DNA of 64,000 nt, taken from positions 9,635 through 73,634 of the forward strand of contig JAAFIK010000020.1 of NCBI GenBank assembly GCA_013298665.1, written 5' to 3'. The stretch comes from Chitinophagales bacterium (GTDB lineage: Bacteria > Bacteroidota > Bacteroidia > Chitinophagales > Chitinophagaceae). The position numbers and the translations under genes are program-made. This document shows positions 27,562 through 42,500 of the stretch, in pieces (position 1 is the first letter of the stretch; each line of letters opens with the position of its first letter). The notes beneath the pieces were generated by a model, which saw only the letters and a program-made list of their open reading frames with translations, searched no databases and had not been told where the DNA came from.

Positions 27562-30500
27562 GGCCAGGACGGCGCCCCGGATACCCGTCACTATAAAATA
27601 ACCCCTGCTTCACCGGCAACCGGGTATTTGCCCCTTTCTTTTGCACAGGAAAGGCTTTGGTTTATCCACCACCTGCACGGGAGTGTTCAGTACCATTTGC
27701 CCTGGGTGTACCGGCTGAACGGCCGGGTTGACAGAGAACGGCTGGCAAATGCTTTTCTAACCATTATTGAACGGCATACGATTCTCAGAACGGTTATTGC
27801 TGAAGCGGAGGGCGAGCCTTATGCAGTGTGCAGACCCGCGCATGAATGGCGGATGGGGTATCGCAAAGAAGCCTTAACCGCCGCTGAAAAATATGCTGCA
27901 GCGGATGCTTTTGTAAGGACGCCTTTTGACCTTACGGCAGATTTTCCGCTCCGGGTGCTGCTGATCAGTACCGGGGAAGAGGAGCATATGCTGGTGGGTG
28001 TGGTACACCATATTGCTTTTGATGGCTGGTCTGTCGGCATATTGATACAGGAACTCACTGCCCTCTATCAAAACCCTTTGGCGCAATTGCCGCTGTTGCC
28101 TATCCAGTACAGCGACTTTGCGGCCTGGCAAAAGCAGACCATCAGTGATGACGTGATCACGCAGCAAGCGGCATACTGGAAGGAAAATCTTGCTGCTGTA
28201 CAATCCTGCGCACTGCTGACGGATTTTGTACGTCCCGCCGTGGAGCGCCATACAGGAGCAGTGGTCAGTATACCCATCAGCAAGCCACTAACGGAGGCGC
28301 TTGCAGCATTGTCCAGACAGGAAGGGGTTACCTTGTTTATGACCCTGCTCGCTGCTTACCAGGTACTCCTGTACCGGTACACCGGGCAAACGGATACCTG
28401 TGTGGGTACACCGGTAGCCGGCCGCCGCCAGGAAGAAGTGGAAGGGCTGATTGGTTTTTTTGTCAATACGCTCCCCCTGCGCAATCCCGTAAACGCCGGT
28501 GACACTTTCAGGGATATTCTGTTGCGGGTAAAACAGGCAGCATTGGGTGCTTATGAAAACCAGGACATCTCCTTTGAACGTATTGTTGAGGAACTGGCGT
28601 TAACGAGGGATCTTTCGCGTAGCCCCATATTCCAGGTCATGTTTGCATTGCAGCAGGAAGTACCCCGCAGCATTCAGCTTGGAGATGTGCAGGGTCTTGC
28701 CGAATCACCTGCAACCATCACTGCGCAATATGACCTTAGTCTTGAGGCAACACAGACGCCTGATGGACTTATCTTTTCCCTTACCTATTGTACTGCGTTG
28801 TATAAAGCGGCCACGGCAATGGGTATGCTTGATCATTATGTGAACCTGCTGGAGGCCGTGGTTGCCGATGCCGGGCAGGAGGCAGGCCAGCTCAGTATGC
28901 TGACTGCTGATGAGCAACACCAGTTGCTCTATCGCTTTAACGACACCGCAATGCCTATCCCTGAGCCCTGCAGCATCATCGCATGGTTTCACCAGCAGGT
29001 TCTGCACAGGCCATCTGCCACGGCGTTGGTATTTGACGGGGAAGTATTTTGTTACCGGCAACTGGATGAGCAGAGTAACCAACTGGCACATTACCTGCGG
29101 CAAAGCGGAATAAAGCAGCACGATCTTATACCCGTTGCCATGCAGCGCAGCACAACGATGATCATTACCCTGCTGGCGGTATTAAAGACGGGTGCGGCAT
29201 TTATTCCGGTAGATCCGGTTTTTCCGGAGGACCGGGTACAGTATATGCTGGAAGATGCGCAATGCCGCTGGATGATTACCCATGATGCCTGCCAGGATCT
29301 GGCCGCATACCATGGCCAGGCCACCATCATCAATACCGATACCTGCAGTGCTGCTATCGCCGGTATGCCGCAATCACCGCTGCATACAACTGCTGCTGCG
29401 GACGACCTGGTGTACACCATCTATACCTCGGGTTCAACGGGTAAGCCCAAGGGGGTGATGATTGAGCAGCGTTCACTCGTCAACTTTATCATGGCCATGC
29501 AGCGGCTGCTTCATACCGGTCCTGATTGCGCTTTTTATGCGGTAACCACTTTTTGCTTTGATATCTTTTACCTTGAAATGTTTCTTCCGCTTTTATCCGG
29601 CGGTAAGCTGATCCTTGCAGACCGGGAAACGGTGCAGGATGGCTACCGGCTCCGCAAAGCATTGGCACAGCACCGTCCTACACATATGCAGGCTGTACCC
29701 GCTATGTGGCGATTGTTGCTTGATTGCGACTGGTGCAACGAAGAAAACATACAGGTTCTGGTTGGTGGTGAGGCGGTAAGTGTACCGCTCAAAGAAGAAC
29801 TGACCCGGCTTTGTCAGCAACCGGTTTGGAACCTTTACGGCCCTACTGAAACCACCATCTGGTCAACCGCAGGGCTATTGCCGGCAGGAGATGTGGTGAC
29901 CATCGGGCGGCCCATCGGCAATACGCAGGTCTATATTACGGATGCACAACTGGGGCTGCAGCCCATTGGTGTGCCCGGCGAATTATATATAGGCGGTAAT
30001 GGATTGGCCAGGGGCTATCTTAACCGCCCTGAACTTACCGCAGAGAAGTTTATCATCCATTCCTTTGATGAGCAGGCGCACAGCCATCAGCGGATTTACC
30101 GTACAGGGGATATTGCCAAATGGCTGCCCGATGGCCGCCTGGTATACCTCGGGCGTGCCGATGAGCAGGTAAAGATCCGGGGCTACCGCATTGAACCCGG
30201 GGAGATTGAGGCGCTGCTGCTACAGGCTGCGGGTGTACGGCAGACGGTGGTGCTGGCGCAGGAAGACAGCCGGCAGGAGCGGCAATTGGTTGCTTTTATT
30301 GTGCCGGATGAACACTATACCCAGCCGGATATTATTCAATACCTGCAAAAACACCTGCCTGCCTATATGGTACCCGCAATATGGGTTACGGTACCGCATA
30401 TTCCGCAAACACCTAATGGGAAAGCAGACAGAAAAGCATTGCTCAATAATACCGTAATGCCGCTGGCCACCCGGGAATATGCGGAGGCGCGCAACAGTAC

Positions 30501-33500
30501 GGAGGAAATGCTGGTAGCGATCTGGCAGGATACCCTGGGTGTGGCACAGGTAGGGATACACGATAATTTCTTTGAACTGGGCGGGCATTCTCTCCAGGCC
30601 ATGCGCATCATCTCGGCCATCCGCAAAAGAATGGGTAAAGAAATACCGGTCAAAATGCTCTTTCAGTTTCCGGCAATCGCTTTACTCGCTCCCCGGTTAA
30701 GTGATACGCATGAAGGGGATGTATTGCCGTCCATTGCCACGCGAACCCGGGATACAGTTATCCCTTTGTCTTTTGCACAGGAAAGACTCTGGTTTATTGA
30801 CCGGCTGCAGGGTACTGTTCAGTATCACATGCCAAGGGTGTTTTACATCAGGGGAAGGCTTGATGTAGCTGCGCTTGAAGCTGCGTTTACCATGATACTC
30901 CGGCGGCATGAAGTTCTCCGGACGGTGATCCATACAGCGGAGGGCAGGGGAGAGCAAAAAATACTGGCGATGGACAACTGGGCTGTAACGCATGTCAGTG
31001 CGGGTGCCAATGGTCTTATGGACAAGCATGCGGTCAGCAGCCATATCCGCAGGTGTATTGAAGAACCTTTTGACCTGGGCCGAGACAGTATGCTCAGGGT
31101 CATGCTCATCACCGCAGGTGTGGATGACTATGTGCTTGTGGTATGTGCACACCATATTGCTTTTGATGGCTGGTCTATTGATATCATGCAGCGTGAGTGG
31201 ATCGCGTGTTACCGGGGGCTTTCGTCAGGCGGGCAGATTGACCTCCCGGTTTTGCCTGTACAATACGCCGATTATGCAATATGGCAACGCCAATACCTTG
31301 CCGGACATGTGCTGGAAACAAAGCTTGCGTATTGGAAAAAACAGCTTGAGGGGCTACAGCCACTGGCCCTGCCTGCCGATTATACGCGCCCTGCAGCACA
31401 AGGTACCCTCGCCGGTCATGTACATACCCCCATCCCCCCGTCGTTGGTTGATGCCCTGGGGAAAATCAGCCAGGCAGCAGGAGCTACCCTGTTTATGTCG
31501 ATGGCAACGCTGCTCAACCTGCTGCTGCACCGCTACACCAACCAGGAAGATATTGCTATTGGTTCTCCGGTGGCTAACCGGAACCAGCCCGAGCTTGAAG
31601 GACTTATCGGTTTCTTTGTCAACAGCATCGTACTGCGGAATACGGTCAGCAGCACGCTTTCCTTCCTGGATTTACTGGGGCGTGTAAAAGCGGTGACGAT
31701 GGAAGCGTATGCGCACCAGGATACACCGTTTGAAAAAATTGTGGAAGCTGTGGTAAAAGATCGGGACAGGAGCCGCAATCCGGTTTTTCAGGTAATGTTA
31801 CTGCTGCAGGATGCTGCTGCGATGACGCTGCCGGAAGATTGTCTTGGCGATGGGTTACGATTGACAGATGACGGAGAAGATCATGTAGCCAATAAGTTCG
31901 ACCTGGTATTCACCATTACGGAAGGTACAGCAGCGGTTGACCTGGGTATTACCTATAATGCGGAGCTGTTTGCACAGGCAACCATCGAAAGGATGGGCAG
32001 GCATTTTGTTGCCCTGCTGGCGTCGGCCGTGCAGCAACCCGAATCACCCGCTGGAGAGTTACCGATGCTGGATAAGGCTGAGACCGATTTGTTGCTGCGT
32101 GTGTATAACGATACGGCTGTAAGTTATCCTGCAGCCGCTACGGTGATCGATTGGTTCGAAGCACAGGTGCAGCGTACGCCCGGGGCTACTGCCGTTGTTT
32201 TTGAGCAGGTATCACTTTCCTATCAGGCATTGAATGCGTGCGTGAATCAACTCGCCGCTCATTTGCGTTCACTCGGGGTGCAGCAGGAGGTACTAGTGCC
32301 TGTTTGTCTGAACCGAAGTATCAATATGATCGCCGGAATACTTGGGATACTCAAAGCCGGTGCTGCTTACGTGCCTGTAGACCCGGAATACCCCGAAGAG
32401 CGCATCCGTTTTATGCTTGAAGACACCGCTGCAAAGTGGATCCTTACCACCAGTGATCTTTCCCTGCCCTTGTCTGAAGACCAGTCTGCCATAAACCTTG
32501 ACCTGTTGTGGCCGCAGATCAGTCACCTGGATACGCATAATCCGGTTCGCCTTGCTGAACCCGGTAACCTGGCCTATGTCATTTATACATCCGGTTCTAC
32601 AGGCCGCCCGAAGGGTGTTATGATCGAACATGCAGGGCTTTTCAACCGGCTTGCCTGGGCACAAGGACAGTATGCGCTTACCCCGGAAGATATTGTTTTG
32701 CAGAAAACGACCTTTTGCTTTGATGTTTCCGTTTGGGAACTGATCTGGCCCTTGCTGACGGGTGCCAGCCTCGTATTGGCAAAACCGGGCGGACATAAAG
32801 ACAGCGCTTACCTGCGGCAGGTTTGCGCAGACAGGGGCATCACCCTGATGCACTTTGTGCCTGCTATGCTGGAAGTCTTTCTTGCCGATATCCGGGCCGG
32901 TGATTGTGCCACACTGAAGAAAATATTGTGCAGTGGTGAAGCCCTGACACCCTCGCAGGTAAAGCTGTGTAAGGAGAAACTGCCCGGTGTTGCGCTGCAT
33001 AATTTGTATGGCCCGACAGAAGCATCTATTGATGTGACCTATTGGGCTGCCCCCACGGCAGCAGCGGATATTACCACAGTGCCGATTGGCAAACCCGTTG
33101 CCAATACGCGTTTATATATACTCGACCAGCGCGGCCGCCTCATGCACGCAGGAGGCATCGGCGAATTGTGTATTGCCGGTATCCAGGTAGCCCGCGGGTA
33201 CCTGAACCTCCCGGAACTTACCGCAGAAAAATTTATGCCTGATCCCTTTTATCCGGCTGCCGGAGCCGCGGGCAGGATGTACAGAACGGGTGACCTTGCC
33301 AGGTGGCAACAGGATGGGAACATAGCGTTTCTCGGGCGAAATGATGATCAGGTAAAAATCCGGGGCTTTCGTATAGAGCTGGGCGAAATTGAATATGCTT
33401 TATCCACCGCAGCAGGCGTCTCCGGTGTAAAAGTAATAGCCCGGGCAGCGCAGCCTGGTGAGGATAAACAGTTGCTTGGGTATATACAGGTAGATCACTT

Positions 33501-36500
33501 GCAACGGCCTTTACTGTACAATTACCAGACGCTGGTGCGTACAGGAGCCGTTAATGGTGCAGACCTGCGGATATTGCCCAATGGGCTGCCACTCTTGCAC
33601 GCCAATCCCAATGAAGTCGATTTTCTATACCGGGAAATTTTTGCAGAACAGTGTTACCTCAGGCATGGCATCAGCCTGCAGGCCGATAGCTGTGTGTTTG
33701 ACGTAGGCGCCAATATCGGTTGCTTTACAGTTTTTCTCAACCTCCTGCATCCGGGTATTACCGTGTATTCTTTTGAACCCATTCCTGCGGTGTTTACCTA
33801 CCTCCATCAAAACAGGTATCTGTATGATGTTCGCGGGAAAGCATTCCCTATAGCATTGCTGGAGTCGGAACAGGACATCAGCTTTACCTACTACCCGCAG
33901 ATGAGCATTGTCTCTGGTATCGGCAGTAACCAGGATGCCGTAAAAGAAGTGGTAAGCGCATATGCCACGTCATCCGGGGCAGACCTGGCTCCGGCAGAAA
34001 TGGAAGCATTGCTTGCTGCAAAACTTACACACCAGCAGGTGACCAGCCATGCCAGAACACTCTCACAGGTAATATCTGATGAAGGCATCACGAGGATTGA
34101 CCTGCTGAAGATTGATGTAGAAAATTCGGAACACCTGGTATTGCAGGGCATCCTTGATGCCGATTGGCAAAAAATAAACAGCCTCGTGGTAGAAGTGCAT
34201 GATGTGGATGGGCGTGTAGCTGCCATCATGGATATGCTCGTGGGGAGGGGCTTTACGGTACACGCAGAAAAAGAGGAGATACTGTCGCGCACCCATGGCC
34301 TGTATAACCTTTATGCTGTTCGTGATACAAACGCGAAAGGCTTAGTGATGCAGGATAGCACCCCACACCGGCGGATACAGGAATGGGAGTCTCCGCATGA
34401 TTTCACCCGGCGCCTGCATGGTCATCTGGAGCAGCAGTTGCCCCCCTATATGTTGCCGGCACAATGGATACTGATGGATCGGTTTCCCATTACGGCTAAT
34501 GGAAAGATCGATAAAACTGCATTGCCTTTCCCGGCACAGGAACCCGGCAACCACCCGCATGTATTGCCGCGTACCATCATGGAAACACAGTTGGCCGACC
34601 TTTGGCAGGGTTTGCTCAACCGGAAAACAATAGGTGCGTACGATGATTTTTTTGAATGTGGCGGACACTCACTCCTTGCCATGCGTCTCGTAGCCGCGAT
34701 ACGCCGCGTTTTGTTGAGAGAGATGCCGGTAAGAACCGTATTTGATCATCCGGTACTGGCTGATCTGGCGGTGCTGCTGGAGCAAATGCCTGCAAGTATT
34801 CTTCCGCCGGTTGCCATACGAGAGCCTGGTAAAAAAAATCCGCTTTCCTTTTACCAGGAACGTTTGTGGTTTGCCGGTCAGCTCCATGGCAATCAGCCTT
34901 ACCTGATGCCCTGGCTATTCAGTATACAGGGCATGTTGAATATCCCCGCGCTTGAAGAAGCTTTCCGCCGGGTGATAGCGCGGCATGAAATACTCCGTAC
35001 CGTGATACGTGAAGCGGACGGCATTGGGTATCAGTTAATCCGTGACCATACGCTTGCCGTCATGAACCATGTTACTGCGGGCAGCATCCTGGAAATGGGC
35101 TACGCCGGCACAGGCGCCTATCTTGATGCCCTGGCGGGTGAAACATTCGACCTCGCCAACGACGATGTGCTTCGGATTACCCTTATCCGGGAAACAGCAG
35201 ATGCTTACCTGCTCTTTCTGGTGGTACACCATATCGCATTTGATGCCTGGTCTGTTGCTATCATGGTGGAAGAACTGACCCATATCTACAATGCCATCTG
35301 CGAAGGCGATACACCTGTACTCAAGCCATTGCCGGTACAGTATGCCGATTACGCCTGCTGGCAAAGAACCTATTTTAACGCTGCGGTGCTGCAGGAGCGT
35401 ATGGCCTGGTGGCAGCAGCAACTGGCGGGTGTTGAGCCGCTGGCTTTACTGACCGATTTTCCGCGCCCTGATAAGCCTGGTTTTGACGGAGCAGTCGTGT
35501 CTGCCATAACCAGCAAAGAATTTCAGCAGCAGTTGACAGATTTTTGCCGGCAGGAAGGCGTAACCTTGTTCATGGTATTGCTGACGGCATTAAAAGCCCT
35601 GCTGTACCGTTATACGGGTCAGCAGGACATTTGTGTGGGTACTTCGGTTGCTGCACGGCAGCAGCCCGAACTCGAATCACTGATCGGCTTTTTTGTCAAC
35701 ACACTGGCTTTGCGGAGCGAGGTTGAGGGCAACCATGCTTTCAGAACATTATTACAGCAGGTACGGGCAACAACGCTGTCGGCATACGAATACCAGGATG
35801 TACCCTTTGAAAAAGTAGTTGAAGCGCTTGGCGTGGAAAGGGAGTTGAACCGTAACCCTTTGTTTGAAGTCATTCTGGTACTTGAAAATACACCACCCGC
35901 TGGTGCATTAAACTTTGGTGCAGCACAACTCCGTCCCGTTGATTACGGAACAGCGGCTGCTAAATTTGAACTCACGGTTGGTATCGCGGAAACAGAAAAT
36001 GGATTGCTGCTGAACATGGTTTACCGGCGCGATCTTTTTCGGGCGGAAACGATGACAACCATGCTTGATCATTATATTACGCTCTTGATGACGGGTGTTG
36101 CGAATGCCGGTACCGCCATCAACGATTGTTTACGCATCAACCCCTTAACCGGAACAGCAGGAGGTTCAGTGCTGCATACAGCAGTTGCCTGCCCGGCCGG
36201 GATCACTGTGCCGGAGATGTTTGCCCGACAGGTACAACGGGTACCCGAACAGGTCGCATTGGTATTCCGGCAGCAATCATTAACGTACCGGGAACTTGAC
36301 AGGCGTGCCAATCAATGGGCGCATTACCTGCAGAAACTCGGCGTTGGCGCAGAACAGCCCGTACCCGTCTGTATGGAGCGTGGTATGGATATGCTGACGG
36401 GTATACTGGCCGTCATGAAGGCAGGAGGTGCTTATGTGCCTGTTGACCCCGATTTTCCGGATGGCCGTATCCGGTATATACTCGAAGATACCATGCCCGG

Positions 36501-39500
36501 GGTAGTCCTTACCGGGGGTACGGAAGCGGAAAGGATTGCACAAATCATTGCCGGCAGTGGTATGCCCGGGGGGACAAGGGTGGTTGATACCGATACTGAT
36601 GAACATGTAATCAGCATCCAACCCACCACGGCGCCGGATGCTGGTATTGATGAAACAAACCTGGCGTATATGATCTACACGTCAGGCTCAACCGGTCAGC
36701 CCAAGGGGGTAATGATTGAACACCGTCACCTGATAGATTATGTACACGGTTTACGCGCCGCTATTGCACTTGATGCCTGCCGGTCCTTTGCCCTTGTATC
36801 AACACCCGCCGCAGACCTTGGCAATACGGTGATTTACGGCGCGCTGTTGTCCGGTGCCACACTCCATATTTGCCCGCGTGAAATGGTCAGTAACGGAAGC
36901 CTGCTCATGGATTATTTTCAGGAGCAGGCCATCGACTGTTTGAAAATAGTGCCCTCACACTGGAAAGCACTGTGCATAGGACAGGAGCTGCTGCTGCCGC
37001 AAAAACTGTTGATTTTTGGTGGGGAAGCATTACCGAAACAGGTTGCTGAAAGCATCAGTGCTGCAGGGTACAGTTGTACAGTAGTCAATCACTACGGGCC
37101 TACGGAAACCACCATTGGCAAGCTGCTCCACCAGTATGTTCCCGGTACTTTGTATGGTCGTCATATTCCCATCGGTCAGCCATTCTCCGATACACAGGTA
37201 TATGTGCTGTCACCGGACGCTGCCATTTGTCCTGTTGGTATTCCCGGCGAAATCTGCATCGCGGGTGCAGGTGTGGCGCGCGGATATTATCAACAACCCG
37301 GGCTTACTGCAGAAAAATTTATAGCCAACCCTTTTGCGGGCGGTCATGAAGGCGGGCGGTTGTATAAGACCGGCGACCGGGGACGGCTGCTGCCCGATGG
37401 CAATATTGAATACCTTGGCCGTACAGACGACCAGGTCAAAATCCGCGGGTACCGGGTTGAACCCGGCGAAATTGAACAGGCATTGCTGCAGTTGCCCTTT
37501 GTCAACGAAGCCGTAGTGCTGGTTAAAGAAGATGATAAAAACGAAAAGCGCCTGGCCGCCTTTGTGGTCACCGCAACTCCGTTCAGCAGGGATATTATCA
37601 TGGACGCATTGCGTACACGATTGCCGGAATACATGATACCGCCGATACTCCTGACGGTAGATGCGGTACCCCTCACGGCCAACGGTAAGGTCAACAGGAA
37701 GTTGCTGCTGGATATGGATACTGCTGTGCTGCCCCAAGCCGGCTTTGCAGCGCCCCGCAACGATATTGAAACCACATTGACCACCCTTTGGCAGGAATTG
37801 CTTGAGGCAGACCGTGTAGGCATACACGATAATTTTTTTGAACTGGGTGGCGATTCGATCATTGCCATACAGGTGGTGAGCCGGGCACGGCGATCGGGCT
37901 ATGAACTGCAGGTGGGCGATATTTTTGAATACCAGACCATTGCAGGTCTGTCAGACTACTGGTCGTCGCGCACCAGTCTTTCGGCATCACCCGCTGTGCA
38001 GGCACTCCCGGGCGAACCCTTTGGTTTACTGCCCATCCAGCGCTGGTACCTGGAGTCTGCTCCCGCTGTTCCTTCCCATTTTAACCAGGCCGTCCTGCTG
38101 TCAATCCGCAAGACCCTCACCCCCGGGCAGGTACAGCAGGCCATTGATGCACTGGTACACCACCATGATGCCCTGCGGCTTTGCTTTACCTGTCATGACG
38201 GGCATTGGCAGCAAACCTATGGTGCTTCACCGGTGGCATTGGGGCTTACCGATCTGCAAACCGTAAGCGCGGCTGATTTTACCGCCACCCTGGAGCAGCA
38301 CAACGACCAGGTTCAGCACCAGCCCGACATCACCCGCGGGGAGTTGCTCCGGCCTGTACTGGTCCTTACCCCCGGCTTTGAAGCGGACAACCGTTTACTG
38401 CTGGTCATTCATCACCTGGTGATTGATGGGGTATCCTGGCGTATCCTGCTCGAAGACCTTTCGCAACTGCTTGTTCGTGCCGATGCGTTGCTGCCGGCAA
38501 AGACGGCACCCCTGCACCACTGGCTGAGTACCCTTTGGGCTTATGGGCAGCAGGCTGCTGTACAGGCAGAAGAAGCCTGGTGGACAAGCGTATTGTCGCA
38601 ATACCGGCCGCTGCCCACCGATCATGATTATCCTGCCCCCTTAGTTTTTGAAGACCTTTCAACCTGCCATATCCGGCTTGATGCCGGTCATACCCAATCG
38701 CTGCTGCATGCGCTTCCATCAATCTTCCATACCCGTGTCAACGACGTACTGCTGGCTGCACTGGGTACCGCACTCTGTTCTTTTGGTGATTGTACGCAGG
38801 TGGTGGTGGGTCTTGAAGGCCACGGCCGCGAGCAGGTGGCAGGCGATACCGATATCAGCCGTACGGTGGGTTGGTTTACGCAGATGTACCCGGTATTGCT
38901 GGGTGGAAGTAATGGCAATCCCGGTGATACGCTCAAAAATACCAAGGAGCAATTGCGGCGGGTACCGGGTAAGGGTATGGGGTATATGGTGCTGAAATAT
39001 CTTACAGGATCAGCAGCTCTGCAGCAGGGAAGCGGCTGGGATGTGGTGTTCAATTACCTGGGTCAGTTGGACAATGCAGCCGGGGACAATGATTTGTGGT
39101 GTATTGCACCGGAATCTGCGGGTAATACGATCAGCGGACTGAACGGCACGGGCTACCGGCTGATCATCAACAGTATGGTCGAGGGTGGTGAGTTGCGGAT
39201 GAACTGGTTGTACAGCCGCCGCCATTATGACCATGCAACGATAGAAGGGCTTGCGCAGTTGTATGTGCGTTCGCTTGAAGCACTGGTTGATTACTGCCTG
39301 TTGCAGGATAAGCCTGTGTTCACGCCCTCGGATTATGGTATAGGCGATGCCGTGAATTATGAAGAACTTGATGCGTTTCTCGCCGCAGGGGAGGGGGGCA
39401 GTACCCGTGGAGACCAGATTGAGACGATGTACCGGTTGAGCGCACTCCAGCAGGGGATGTTGTTTCACAGCCTCTATGAAGGAAGGGCAGGGATCTACGC

Positions 39501-42500
39501 CGAACAATTTTCCTGCGTGTTTACCGGGTTGAATGAGGAATGGTTTGTCCGGTGCTGGAACCGTTTGTTGCAGCAGCATACTATTTTACGTACCGCTTTT
39601 TACCACGATGTGTTTGATATACCGGTACAATGTGTCTGTAAAGAAATAAGCCTGCCGCTCAGTGTGCATGATTTCAGCCACTTCCCGGCAGCCATCGGGG
39701 AGGAGAAATGCCGGGTGTATGCGCTTGAAGACCGGGAACGCGGCTTCCGGCTGGACAAAGCCCCACTGATGCGGCTAAGTCTCCTGAAGCTGGGAGATGG
39801 CCATTGCCGTATGGTATGGACCTATCACCATATGATTATGGATGGCTGGTCGCTGCCTGTACTGATGGAATCTTTTCTGAACAGTTATGAAGCACTTGCT
39901 GCGGGTCGGCTGCCCAGGATACTTCCGGAAGACCGCTATGAAGAATACATACGGTTTATGGAACGGCGGAATACACAACGCGAAGAAGCTTTCTGGCGGG
40001 AGTATATGGCTGGTGTTGCCGGGCCGGTATTGCTGCCTTTTTGCGAAACCGCTGAAAGGAATAAAGGCGTGGGTATATACGGCATGTCGTCGTGTGTACT
40101 GGATGCGGCTGTAACAGCAGCGGTACAAGCCTTTGCACAACAGCACCACATCACCATCAATACACTGGTACAGGGCATCTGGGCCTATCTCCTGTATCGC
40201 TATACCGGCCAGCATGATATTGTATATGGGGTAACTGTTTCCGGCAGACCCGATGACATGGCACGTATTGAACACCGGGTAGGGATGTACATCAATACGA
40301 TACCCCTGCATGCGGTCATTGCAGAAGACCAGGCATGGGCTGACTGGTTGCAGGGGGTACAACAGGGACAATTGTCTGCCCGTGTACACCAGTATGCAGC
40401 ACTCAATGATATTCAGCGGTGGATTAACCAGCCTGGTGATCTGTTCGATACCGTACTCGTTTACGAAAACTATCCTGTAAACCAGGTATTGTCTTCCGGT
40501 AAATGGCGGCTGCAGACAACGGATATACGCCAGGAAGGAAAAACCAACTACCTGTTGTATATGATTGCCCAGGTGACCACAACAATCAATATCCAGTTTC
40601 ATTACAACAGCAGTTTGCTGCCTGCTGTGTATGCCGGCCAAATCAACGCAGATTTTACCAGGGTACTCACGCAGGTCGTATCTGTCCCCGGTATGCTGCT
40701 GGCGGATACGGTTTTGTTTTCAACCGCAGCGCCGGAAGCAGAAACCAATCCATCCGCTGCTGACGGATATGCAAACATATACAGCGGCAGTATTGTGGAA
40801 TGCTTCGGTAAACAGGCAGCGCAAAAGCCCGATGCCATTGCCCTGGTTTTTGAGGATAACCAGTGGAGTTACAGGGAACTGGATGAACGCAGCAATCAAC
40901 TGGCACATTACCTGCGGGATACAGGTGTTGCCGAACAAACAATTGTGCCTGTTTGTATGGACCGGAGTGCGACCCTCATCATCACCATACTGGCCATACT
41001 CAAGGCTGGCGGAACATATGTACCTGTTGATCCGGCATATCCTGCACACAGGATCCGCCATATGCTTGAAGATACCGGCAGTACGCTCCTGCTGACCGGG
41101 GTGCATTTGCCCGCCGGTATTGATGATCTGCAGGATTTCCGCATCATCTCCATCAATACCCTGGCCGGTCATTTGTCTGAACAGCCCATGACACCATTGT
41201 GCGGTAAGGCTGCACCGGATTCCCTGGCTTGTATCCTGTATACTTCAGGTTCTACCGGTAATCCCAAGGGGGTTATGGTGAGCCATAGCAATATTGTAAG
41301 CCTGGTGTATGGTATGGATGCTATGCGTCCGGAGCCCGGGGATGTACTACTGGCTACCGGATCGCCGGCTTTTGATGCAACCACTTATGAGTACTGGGGT
41401 ACGCTGCTTAATGGCGCCCGTCTCGTGATCTGTTCGCATGAAACATTGTTAGACGGAACCCTGCTGCATACTGTTGTTCAGCAGCAAAGGGTAAACAAAA
41501 TGTGGTTTACTTCGGGTTGGTTTAACCAGTTGGTAGAAACGGTACCGGAACTCTTTGCAGCTTTAGGTGCTGTTATTGTTGGTGGCGATCGCCTGTCTGC
41601 ACACCATATCCGCCGGTTACAGGTATTGTATCCGCGTTTGCAGATGTTCAACGGGTATGGGCCAACGGAGAATACGACCTTTTCCACTATTTATGCTATC
41701 CCTCCTGCTTATGCGCATGACGCTGTTCCGATCGGTCGCGCCATCGCTTACCGCAGTGCTTTTGTACTTGACCATTGCAGACGGATTTGTCCGCCCGGTG
41801 TACCCGGAGAATTGTATGTTGGCGGTGCAGGCTTGTCCAAAGGATACTGGCGGCAGGAGACCCTTACCGCAGAACGCTTTCTGACGATGGCCAACCTGGG
41901 GCGTTTATACCGTACGGGTGATAAGGCATTGCAACAGGCTGACGGGAATATTATTTTCCTCGGCCGCACAGACGACCAGGTAAAAATCCGCGGTTACCGC
42001 GTTGAACCGGGTGAAATTGAAGCCGTACTGCTGAAGGCTGACGGTGTAGTACAGGCTGCGGTGGTCTTAACGCCTGACGCTGCCGGCGTTAAGCGTTTGG
42101 TGGCGTATGTGGTGCCGCAAACCATGTATGATGTACACGCCTTATGCCATCATCTCCGGGAACATCTGCCCGGCTATATGGTACCACATACCATTGTTGC
42201 CCTGCCCGAACTGCCATTAACGGGAAATGGGAAGGTAGACAGGAAGACCCTGGCTGTAATGGCGGCGGCACCGCAACAGCCTGCCACGCCGTTTGCTATA
42301 CTCACGCCGGAAGAACGCACACTGCTGCTGCACCAATTCAATGATACGGATATGCTGTATCCCCGGGATAAAACCCTTATTGACCTGCTTGACGAACAGG
42401 CGGCAATGACCCCGGATGCGCCGGCCCTGCTTTTTGACATACAGCAACTGAGCTATGGTTCGCTGGTGAGGCATAGTAACCAGCTTGCGCATTACCTGCT

